Positions 52,351 to 59,728 of a stretch of DNA of 59,728 nt are shown piece after piece. The stretch's first letter is position 1. Each line of letters begins with the position of its first letter. Under the pieces are notes generated by a model, which worked only from the letters and a program-made list of their open reading frames with translations, searched no databases and had not been told where the DNA came from. Made by a program: the position numbers and the translations under genes. The DNA lies in IMG/VR virus record IMGVR_UViG_3300012527_000002, positions 1 through 59,728 of that record, one strand, 5' to 3'. The DNA is from a virus (lineage: Duplodnaviria; Caudoviricetes).

Positions 52351-53483
52351 GCGCCAACGCCAACACCAGCCGCTCGCAGAAATTGTCGCAAGTGCTGGCG
52401 ACGCTCGGCAAGCACGCCGACGACATCATCGGACTTCTCCCGCCTGATCTTCCGCTCGAGCGCTTCTACGCGAACGTGACGAACGCTCTAAGCAGCAACC
52501 CGGCACTACTCGATTGCGAGGCGCAATCGATCGTCCAGGCGTGCATGAAGGCGGCTTACGACGGCCTGCGGATCGACGGCCGCGAGGCGGTGATCGTCGG
52601 CCGCGAGATGACTTACGACAAGAACAAGGCGAGCGAGCGCAAGGTCAAGCTCGCCCACTACATGCCCATGGCGTTCGGGCTGATCCAGCAAGTGCTTCGC
52701 GGTGGCGAAGTGAAGTCGATCGTCGCCGACGTCATCCGCGCGAACGACGAATATCACGTCCAACGCGGCACCGCGCCCGGCATTCACCACATTCCCAAGC
52801 TGGACGGACCGCGGGGCGACATCATCGCCGCCTACTCGGTCGCTACATGGGCCAGCGGGGCAATGACGTTCGAATTGCTGACCAAGGAAGACCTCGGCGC
52901 AATCCAGGGCGCTTCGCAGACGGACATGGTCTGGAAACGGTGGCCCGGCGAGATGTCGAAGAAATCCGCGATCCGCCGACACCGCAAGACCCTCCCCCTA
53001 GGCAACCGCGACATCGTCATCAGGGATGCCGAGGCCGATGCGCTGTTCCCCGAGATGCAGCCGGGCCAAGAGAGCCTTCCCGCGCCGGCGCAAACCGCCA
53101 GACCGACGCGCCAGGCGATTGCCGACCGCCAAGGGGCGCAGGCTGGTGCCGACATCGATCTTGGCGACGATGACGGCGTGGTTGTCGAACAGGCCCAGCA
53201 GGAGAAGCGGGCGAAGGTTAGGCAGGCGGGCAAGGCCAAGGACCCTGTCGCTGCCGGCCAGGCGGACATCCCCGCGACCGAAGAGGAATGGCGAGGATGG
53301 GCCGTCGACGTCGAGACGCGCGTGAACGCCGCGGCCGATGCCGATGCCGTGAACACGATCGCCAGCGCTGAAGAGGGCCGCATGGTCGCCGCCTCGAAAG
53401 AGCGGCGCGACTACCTGCGCGGGCTCATCAGCGACCGGTTGGCCGATTTCGCCGTGCTGACGCGCGAAGGAATTTGGCAATGA
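52347..53483 (+). CDS. recT: RecT family single-strand annealing protein
   Basis: NPALLDC..SI..AAYDGL..DGREA; W..EMSKKSAIRR..K.LP. Confidence 0.88.
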   Translation: MSANANTSRSQKLSQVLATLGKHADDIIGLLPPDLPLERFYANVTNALSSNPALLDCEAQSIVQACMKAAYDGLRIDGREAVIVGREMTYDKNKASERKVKLAHYMPMAFGLIQQVLRGGEVKSIVADVIRANDEYHVQRGTAPGIHHIPKLDGPRGDIIAAYSVATWASGAMTFELLTKEDLGAIQGASQTDMVWKRWPGEMSKKSAIRRHRKTLPLGNRDIVIRDAEADALFPEMQPGQESLPAPAQTARPTRQAIADRQGAQAGADIDLGDDDGVVVEQAQQEKRAKVRQAGKAKDPVAAGQADIPATEEEWRGWAVDVETRVNAAADADAVNTIASAEEGRMVAASKERRDYLRGLISDRLADFAVLTREGIWQ

Positions 53484-53510
53484 CCGCCGAACGCAAGTGC
53501 GCCGAACAGG

Positions 53511-53792
53511 ATGCTAGTCATGGATGATATTGAAGCGAGGCTGCGAGAGTTAAGAGTTATCCTGAAATCCGGCGATTATGATGGTGCAGATCTAATGCAC
53601 GCTTGGTGCGCCATGATTGACGCAGCAGACACCATCGCCAGCCTGCGTGCATTAGTGGTTCGATCCGGTGAGTTTGCTTGCAAGGCTCCGCAATTCGACT
53701 GGAACGAGGACCGCTGCGTAATGACGGCAGTTCATTTAGCCGAAGATTGCCGCACCGCTCTCGCCAGCATTGGAGAAAGTCATGACACCTAG
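53511..53792 (+). CDS. Hypothetical protein (AT-richer block)
   Basis: ORF; operon packing. Confidence 0.55.
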   Translation: MLVMDDIEARLRELRVILKSGDYDGADLMHAWCAMIDAADTIASLRALVVRSGEFACKAPQFDWNEDRCVMTAVHLAEDCRTALASIGESHDT

Positions 53793-53958
53793 AAAAGCTG
53801 CGGCCAAGTTTGTTCTGGCCCTGCCGCCCATCTTTATATTGCTCGCTACGGGCTTCCTGGGCGGGTGGCTTGCCGCACTTGGCGTGTTTGTAATCGCGTT
53901 CGCGGCCATGGCGTTCTTCGCGGGGTGCTCCATGCTTTCCGAAAGGCTCGACCCATGA
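53782..53958 (+). CDS. Small membrane protein (2 TM)
   Basis: Hydrophobic; RBS GGAG. Confidence 0.55.
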   Translation: MTPRKAAAKFVLALPPIFILLATGFLGGWLAALGVFVIAFAAMAFFAGCSMLSERLDP

Positions 53959-54341
53959 CCAATGAAGCCCTCGCAGCGAAGATCGAAGCTGCGCCCGCCG
54001 AGCAACAGCGGGAGATGCTGGAGCTGGCGTTCATCGCAATTCATGGGCTGGCGCTAGAGGATTCCGACCGGTTCTTCGATTTGCTCAACGCCAAGGCATA
54101 CGAGAGCGCAGCTATTACGCTCGTGCCGGAGGGGTGGGTTCGCGGCTTCGAGGAATGGCCTCATCCCGACAAGGGGCCAATCACGCGGGCATGGCTTAAA
54201 GAAACCAGCATATCGCGGATCGGTGGCGATACGATATGGGGTCACTCATCCGATGACCAGCACATCGAAGGCAAAGCATCCACCCCCGCACTCGCACTAG
54301 CTGCGGCGTGCGTCCGCGCGAAAGGAACGGGACATGAGTGA
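53955..54341 (+). CDS. Hypothetical phage protein (AAITLVPEGW..TPALALAAA)
   Basis: ATGA coupling; recurring motif pattern. Confidence 0.65.
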   Translation: MTNEALAAKIEAAPAEQQREMLELAFIAIHGLALEDSDRFFDLLNAKAYESAAITLVPEGWVRGFEEWPHPDKGPITRAWLKETSISRIGGDTIWGHSSDDQHIEGKASTPALALAAACVRAKGTGHE

Positions 54342-54687
54342 CAACACCGAGAAGGCGCAGCCAACCGGCGATGCAGAAACGTGTAACCGCTGCGGTCATC
54401 AGAACCCATCATGGGCAGCCCCTTCGCCCTTGTGGAACGCAGTTATGCGAGGCGGCTGCATCAACGGAGAGGCGAGGTTCGGCGACATGGTTTGTGCGGC
54501 GTGTTTCATGGTGCTGACCGAAGAAGCAGGGGTGGCCACCGACTTTCGCGTGACCGCAAACGAAATAAAAGTTTCTCTGCAAACAGTCACCCCGACCGGG
54601 CGTATATGGTGCGACGAGACGCAGCTTTGGGAGGAGCAGCCAACCGGCGATGTGGTCGGGCTGGTGGGGGCGTTGGGACATGAGTGA
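54334..54687 (+). CDS. Zn-finger-like protein
   Basis: CNRC...LWNAV...CAAC. Confidence 0.6.
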   Translation: MSDNTEKAQPTGDAETCNRCGHQNPSWAAPSPLWNAVMRGGCINGEARFGDMVCAACFMVLTEEAGVATDFRVTANEIKVSLQTVTPTGRIWCDETQLWEEQPTGDVVGLVGALGHE

Positions 54688-54937
54688 TGTGGCGAAGATC
54701 GCGGCGGGGCTTAGCGAGGCGCAGCGGCGAGCGCTGTTGCGCCAACCCTGCCGGTCGTGGTGGGGGGATGCCCCCGCGTCTATGCCACATGGCGAGCGAA
54801 CCGGCTTCGCGTTGAAGCGAAAGGGCCTGTGTGCACCATCTATGCCCGGCACCCGAACGTGGCCGCTTACCCTCCTCGGCATCGCCGAACGCGCTCATCT
54901 AACCAAGGGCCAGCCCGATAAGCGAGCGCAGCAATGA
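54680..54937 (+). CDS. Small winged-helix-like protein
   Basis: LSEAQRRALL..L.RKGL..LT.LG. Confidence 0.55.
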   Translation: MSDVAKIAAGLSEAQRRALLRQPCRSWWGDAPASMPHGERTGFALKRKGLCAPSMPGTRTWPLTLLGIAERAHLTKGQPDKRAQQ

Positions 54938-55194
54938 GCTATCGCAAGACCGCCCTGATCGAACAGGTGCGGCGAGATCTCGGACTAAATGAAGCCGACG
55001 CGAAGGCGACTGTCGACGCGGTGCTTGCCGGTGTCACGCGGCTCACCGCCGGCGGGGAGATGCTGATGCTCAACGGCTTCGGCACGTTCGTGCAGCGCCA
55101 CCGACGCGAGAGCTTCACCCGCAATCCCCGCACCGGTGAGCCGATGAAGGTTCCGGCAACCGTGCGTCTCGGCTTCAAAGGATCCAAGGGCTGA
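54934..55194 (+). CDS. HU/IHF family DNA-binding protein
   Basis: LNGFGTF, RNPRTGE, VPA..FK. Confidence 0.92.
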   Translation: MSYRKTALIEQVRRDLGLNEADAKATVDAVLAGVTRLTAGGEMLMLNGFGTFVQRHRRESFTRNPRTGEPMKVPATVRLGFKGSKG

Positions 55195-56414
55195 TGTCCC
55201 CTCCCCCTAAACTACCCATTCCAGAAGTAGCGTTGTGCGACCATGGCGCGATCCTCGGTCGTGCGGGCTCCGGCAAGTCCGGCACCGCGCGTCTTCTGCT
55301 CGAGCACGAGTTGCGTGCCGGCCACCGCGCCGGCGTCATCGATCCCAAGGGCGACTGGTGGGGCGCGCGGCTGGTCAAGAGCGGCAAGACCGCCTCGGAG
55401 TTCAAGATCATCGTGTTCGGCGGCGATCACGCCGACGTCCAGATTACCGACGACATGGGCAAGACGCTCGGCACCATCCTGGCGGGCTCGAGCGAGAATT
55501 TCATTATCGATCTGTCGGGTTTCAGCGTCGCCGGCATGCGCCGGTTCATGACCGGGTTCGCCGAAGCGTTCTTCGACCACAATCGAGCGCCGATCACGCT
55601 GTTCCTCGACGAAGCCGACCAGCTTGCCCCGCAGCGCCTATCCGGCGAACAGGCTATCCTCCTTCACCGGATGGAGCGGCTGGTGCGCCAGGGGCGCCAA
55701 CGCGGCATCTTCATGTGGATGCTCACCCAGCGCCCCGCGGTGTTGAACAAGAACCTTCTCTCCCAAGCCGAGACCCTGGTCGCCATGAAGGTGACAACCG
55801 TGCACGATCGCAAGGCCCTTAGCGGCTGGATGGAGGCCCACGATCCGGAAGCGGCCGCGGGCGTCGAGAAGGACATCGCGCGCCTGGGCGTGGGCGAGGC
55901 GTTCGTGTGGGTGCCCGGGGCCGACTTCCTGAAGCGGGTGCAATTCCCGCTGTTCGCGACCTATGATTCCGGCCGCACGCCGCGCCATGGCGAAACGCTC
56001 GAGAACGTGAAGCTGAAGCCTCTCGACCTGGGGGAATTTGCCAAGCTGCTCGCCGCCGGCGAAAAGGCGGGCGACGAACTGGCCGCGACCAAGTCCGCGT
56101 TGAAGGCGACGCTCGATTCCCTCACGCACGAGCGACAGCGCCACCGGGAAAGCCGGGCCGAGCTCGCGTCGACAAGCGTTCAACTGGAACGCCTGTTGAC
56201 CGTGTTCGCGGCGATCCAGATGCGAATGGGGTTCGCGATCGGTTCGCCGGTCATCGAGCCGCAGGGGCTCGACAAGCCGTTCGAAGAATTCGTCATGGTC
56301 GAGGAAAGTGACGGCGTTGTCCGCGCGATTCCACGGCGGGGCGACAACCCCGGTCTGGCGAAGAAGGCGCGCACCCGCGTCCGCAAGGCCAATCTACCGG
56401 AGAAGACATCATGA
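55194..56414 (+). CDS. HerA/DUF87-like P-loop ATPase
   Basis: GRAGSGKS, IDPKGD, FLDEAD, GRQRG, TQRPA; C-terminal coiled coil. Confidence 0.85.
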   Translation: MSPPPKLPIPEVALCDHGAILGRAGSGKSGTARLLLEHELRAGHRAGVIDPKGDWWGARLVKSGKTASEFKIIVFGGDHADVQITDDMGKTLGTILAGSSENFIIDLSGFSVAGMRRFMTGFAEAFFDHNRAPITLFLDEADQLAPQRLSGEQAILLHRMERLVRQGRQRGIFMWMLTQRPAVLNKNLLSQAETLVAMKVTTVHDRKALSGWMEAHDPEAAAGVEKDIARLGVGEAFVWVPGADFLKRVQFPLFATYDSGRTPRHGETLENVKLKPLDLGEFAKLLAAGEKAGDELAATKSALKATLDSLTHERQRHRESRAELASTSVQLERLLTVFAAIQMRMGFAIGSPVIEPQGLDKPFEEFVMVEESDGVVRAIPRRGDNPGLAKKARTRVRKANLPEKTS

Positions 56415-56590
56415 AGGGCCGAGACGTCGTGCTATTCGTCGTGCTGACGGTCCTGTTCTGGTTCGGCGCCCGCGCCGTCATGCAGGCCGCCGAGACGCCG
56501 GTCGTAATCACCGACGAGATGGTCCTGTTGCTGGCGGGTATATTCACCATCATCGCAGTCGTGCGCGACCAAAAGGAAATAGAGGGATGA
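56411..56590 (+). CDS. Small membrane protein (2 TM)
   Basis: ATGA coupling at both ends. Confidence 0.55.
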   Translation: MKGRDVVLFVVLTVLFWFGARAVMQAAETPVVITDEMVLLLAGIFTIIAVVRDQKEIEG

Positions 56591-57543
56591 GCGAGAACAC
56601 GAAGATCGAATGGTGCGACCACACGTTCAACCCGTGGGAGGGGTGTCAGAAGGTCGGCCCCGGCTGCGATCATTGCTATGCCGAGACCCGCAACGCGCGC
56701 TTCGGCGGCGGAATCGCGCCGAATTGGGGGTCGGGTGCGCCGCGGCGACGCACCAGCGCCTCGAATTGGGTAAAGCCGCTCCGGTGGAACTTGGAGGCAG
56801 CGGTCTTCGCCGAAAAGCACGGCCGCAAGCAGCGCGTATTCTGCGCCAGCTTGGCCGACGTCTTCGACAACGCGGTCGACCCGCAATGGCGGCTGGATCT
56901 GTTCGACTTGATCGACAAGACGCCCAACCTCGATTGGTTGTTGTTGACGAAGCGCGTCGGCAACGTGACCGTGATGCTTTCTGACATGGGCCGCGAGACG
57001 CTGCCGCCGCACGTCTGGCTGGGCGCTACCGTCGTGAACCAGGAAGAGGCTAACCGCGACATACCGAGTCTACTCGTCGCACCGGCCGTAATCCGCTTTC
57101 TGTCGATCGAGCCGCTGCTGGGGCCGGTGAACCTGCGGGAGTTGGCGACGATGCGGTTCCGGGGCGCCGAGCGGCTGGACGCGCTTACCGGGAGGCTGGA
57201 GGGGATGTTCGGCGACTATTGCCCGACGCGGCTTCCGCCGCTCAACTGGATTATCGCCGGCGGCGAGAGCGGCCCCGGTGCGCGGCCGATGCACCCGGAT
57301 TGGGTTAGGTATATCCGCGACCAGTGCGACGTGGCCGGCGTGCCGTTCCTGTTCAAGCAATGGGGGGAGTGGGCGCCGACGATAATCGATCTTCCGTCGG
57401 GGTTCATCGCGCTTAACGGCCAGCATTGGAGCCCGTTGGACGATGATCGGATAGAGCCTGGCATCGCGTGGATCAGTCACGTCGGCAAGAAACTAGCGGG
57501 GCGCATCCTCGACGGCCAGTTGCACGACGGTTTCCCAGCATAG
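56587..57543 (+). CDS. Phage Gp37/Gp68 (DUF5131) radical-SAM-like protein
   Basis: IEWCDHTFNPWEGC..VGPGCDHCYA, LLLTKR, SIEPLL, GGESG, FKQWG. Confidence 0.92.
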   Translation: MSENTKIEWCDHTFNPWEGCQKVGPGCDHCYAETRNARFGGGIAPNWGSGAPRRRTSASNWVKPLRWNLEAAVFAEKHGRKQRVFCASLADVFDNAVDPQWRLDLFDLIDKTPNLDWLLLTKRVGNVTVMLSDMGRETLPPHVWLGATVVNQEEANRDIPSLLVAPAVIRFLSIEPLLGPVNLRELATMRFRGAERLDALTGRLEGMFGDYCPTRLPPLNWIIAGGESGPGARPMHPDWVRYIRDQCDVAGVPFLFKQWGEWAPTIIDLPSGFIALNGQHWSPLDDDRIEPGIAWISHVGKKLAGRILDGQLHDGFPA

Positions 57544-57551
57544 GAGGCAGC

Positions 57552-57734
57552 ATGAGAATTCGCCGGCCACACATCCTTCGCCCGTTCCGCCGTCTCTTAC
57601 GGCGTGGAAACCGATGCGGCTCATTTTTCGCATGGCTCCCCGTCCGCGCCAACAATGGAACGTGGGTCTGGCTCGAGCACTACACCCGCTTTCCCAAGCG
57701 CGTCCGCGAAAGGAACGACAATGCCCAAACCTGA
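57552..57734 (+). CDS. Small hypothetical protein (FAWLPV..WVWLE)
   Basis: RBS AGGAGG. Confidence 0.6.
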   Translation: MRIRRPHILRPFRRLLRRGNRCGSFFAWLPVRANNGTWVWLEHYTRFPKRVRERNDNAQT

Positions 57735-57930
57735 CAGCGGCCAAAGCCCCTCCTGGCCGACCCTACGCCCCGTCGGCGCATTCTTGGCACGCTGCGGCTG
57801 GACGGCGCTGCTCATCGTCATCCAGCCCGTGAAGCTGGTAGTCAGCATCGGTGCGATCGCGCTTTCGATCATCTACGACGTCGCGCGCGAATTCGTGCGC
57901 GACCTTCGCTCAATCTGGCAAGATCGTTGA
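57721..57930 (+). CDS. Small membrane protein
   Basis: RBS AAAGGA; hydrophobic core. Confidence 0.55.
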   Translation: MPKPDSGQSPSWPTLRPVGAFLARCGWTALLIVIQPVKLVVSIGAIALSIIYDVAREFVRDLRSIWQDR

Positions 57931-57954
57931 CCCTCCCCCAACAAAGGCTTGCCC

Positions 57955-58203
57955 ATGATCCGTCTTGAAGTGACCTGTGATTTTTCCGACCAACCGCGCG
58001 CCCGGGACGTGAAGCATCCGTGCGAAAGCCTGCGCGGCCGGAGCCTTGCCGTCGACAGCATCGGCGTCATTGCCGACGCCCAGCGGGCGCTCGAGCGCGC
58101 TGTCGAGAAACGGGGCTGGAAACGCTGGATCATTCCCGCGCTCGGCCGGCGCAAGGGCTACATCTGCGGGCCTTGCTATGCCCGCGCAAAGGGAGATGTC
58201 TGA
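57955..58203 (+). CDS. Small Zn-finger-like protein
   Basis: TCD..PC..GW..ICGPC. Confidence 0.6.
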   Translation: MIRLEVTCDFSDQPRARDVKHPCESLRGRSLAVDSIGVIADAQRALERAVEKRGWKRWIIPALGRRKGYICGPCYARAKGDV

Positions 58204-58517
58204 TGGACCTGTTCGACCATGCCGACACCAGCGTCGGCGAATTCCGCGTCATGCGCGGCGTGCCCGTCCAGGGAGAACGCTCCGGCAAGCGAAACCAGAA
58301 GTGGAAGCGCCCCGCTTTCCCGTTCGGCAGGATGCAGCCCGGCGAAAGCTTCGATTGCTCCCCCGCCCAAGTGGGCGGCGCGCCGCTGATCGTGACGCAG
58401 AATATCGTGAGCGCCGCGGCTTCGACGTTCGCCAGGAATTGCGGCACGGCCGTCAAGACGGTCTTCACGACGCGCCAGATCAGGGGCGAATTCGTGCGCT
58501 GCTGGCGCGTTAGCTGA
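58203..58517 (+). CDS. Small hypothetical phage protein (FPF..M.PGESF..R.WR)
   Basis: TGATG coupling; RBS GGGAG. Confidence 0.65.
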   Translation: MDLFDHADTSVGEFRVMRGVPVQGERSGKRNQKWKRPAFPFGRMQPGESFDCSPAQVGGAPLIVTQNIVSAAASTFARNCGTAVKTVFTTRQIRGEFVRCWRVS

Positions 58518-58654
58518 TGAAGCGCGTCGACGACGTCGGATGCCGACGCTGCGACGACAGCGGGCTCATTCCCAAGGGCTACTGCCAGTGGGAGATATGC
58601 ACCTGTGCCAGCGGGGCGGACGTGCTCGAGCAGCGCGCGAAGCGCCGCGCATGA
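58517..58654 (+). CDS. Small Cys-rich protein (45 aa)
   Basis: CRRCDDSG..CTC; coupled at both ends. Confidence 0.5.
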   Translation: MKRVDDVGCRRCDDSGLIPKGYCQWEICTCASGADVLEQRAKRRA

Positions 58655-59728
58655 CCATCCCCGCATCCTTTCTCGACGAGGTGCGCGCGCGGGCGTCCCT
58701 GTCGACGGTCGTGCAGCGGTCGACTCCGCTGAAGAAGGCGGGGCGCGAGTGGAAGGCATGCTGCCCGTTCCACCAGGAGAACTCCCCCAGCTTCACTGTC
58801 AACGATGAGAAGGGCTTCTACCATTGCTTCGGATGCGGCGCGCACGGCGACGTGATCCGCTGGATGATGGAGCAGAACGGCATGCAGTTTCTCGACGTGG
58901 TGAAGGAATTGGCGGCCGCGGCCGGCATGGAAGTCCCGGCGCCCGACCCACAGGCCGCGGAGCGCGCGCAGCGCCGCGATGCGACCGTCGACATCAACGC
59001 TCGAGCTCAAAGGTTCTTCGCCGGTCAGTTGCAAGCTGACAATGATGCGAAGATATATCTCGCGGGGCGGGGGATCAGCGATGGCCTGATCGAGCGCTTC
59101 AACATCGGCTTCGCGCCCAACTCTCGGCCCGGCCAGCTATCGCCGCTCATGGCGGCGCTGGAGGGAGTCGACTCCGCCGACCTAGAGAAGCTGGGTCTTG
59201 TTAAGCGCAACCCCGACACCGGTGCCGCCTACGATTTCTTCCGTCGGCGCATCATCATTCCGATCCACGACGCCCGGGGTGGTGTCATCGGCTTCGGCGG
59301 CCGCATTCTCGGCGATGGCGAGCCGAAGTATCTCAATTCACCCGACACGCCTGTCTTCGACAAGGGCCGCGCGCTGTTCAACCTGCACCGTGCGGCCCCT
59401 GCGGCGCGCGCCAAGGGGCGGCTGCTGATCGTCGAAGGCTACATGGATGTCATCGGGCTCGACGCGGTAGGATTCGACGCTGCGGTCGCACCAAACGGCA
59501 CCGCGCTCACCGAGCACCAGCTTTTCCTCGCGTGGAAGATCGTCGACGTCCCGACGGTTTGCTTCGACGGCGACAACGCGGGTCGCAAGGCCGCTGCGCG
59601 CGCCGCCTACCGCGCGCTGCCGGTCATGGAGCCGGGCAAGAGCCTGCGCTTCGCCTTCCCCCCGGACGGCAGCGATCCGGACGATCTGGCGCGCACCGGC
59701 GGGCTCGAGGCGGTGAACGCGATGGTCG
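58651..59728 (+). CDS. dnaG: DNA primase, N-terminal part (CHC2 Zn finger and TOPRIM)
   Basis: CPFH..CFGC, GFGGR, KYLNSP, VEGYMD, CFDGD; runs off the end into 1-692. Confidence 0.95.
   Translation, partial: MTIPASFLDEVRARASLSTVVQRSTPLKKAGREWKACCPFHQENSPSFTVNDEKGFYHCFGCGAHGDVIRWMMEQNGMQFLDVVKELAAAAGMEVPAPDPQAAERAQRRDATVDINARAQRFFAGQLQADNDAKIYLAGRGISDGLIERFNIGFAPNSRPGQLSPLMAALEGVDSADLEKLGLVKRNPDTGAAYDFFRRRIIIPIHDARGGVIGFGGRILGDGEPKYLNSPDTPVFDKGRALFNLHRAAPAARAKGRLLIVEGYMDVIGLDAVGFDAAVAPNGTALTEHQLFLAWKIVDVPTVCFDGDNAGRKAAARAAYRALPVMEPGKSLRFAFPPDGSDPDDLARTGGLEAVNAMV
59606..59728. repeat. Terminal direct repeat, copy 2
   Basis: Identical to 1-123. Confidence 0.97.

Noticed and set aside
59606-59728. 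123-bp end repeat as a biological terminal repeat or att site
   Set aside because: It interrupts dnaG in frame, as expected for an assembler circularisation overlap; a cos candidate exists elsewhere

Overview
This window is a complete, circularly assembled genome (about 59.6 kb; 1-123 = 59606-59728, breaking the dnaG gene) of a high-GC siphovirus. GcrA-like, GapR-like and DnaG/DnaN genes suggest an alphaproteobacterial host (inference). Layout: (i) + strand operon 50.5 kb through the origin to 4.1 kb: RecT, HU, HerA-like ATPase, Gp37/Gp68, DnaG, GcrA-HTH/GP88-like fusion, a two-frame C5 methyltransferase and an acyl carrier protein; (ii) a lambda-type cos candidate at about 4.2 kb, far from the terminase genes; (iii) a + strand early region (4.3-13.8 kb) with twin operator-promoters, a type II hammerhead ribozyme, many small genes, a 1037-aa beta-clamp fusion protein and an ATP-dependent ligase; (iv) a long - strand region: Cro-like, GapR-like, RuvC-like, MT-A70, DnaB, initiator with iterons, terminase, lambda-like head (portal, S49, D, E), tail with G/GT frameshift, tape measure, tip and spike, lysis cassette, initiator tRNA plus an unexplained tRNA-like structured RNA, and a separate His-repeat fibre module. 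I found no integrase, CI-type repressor, DNA polymerase or CRISPR array. All family calls come from motif recognition by eye; no database searches were run.
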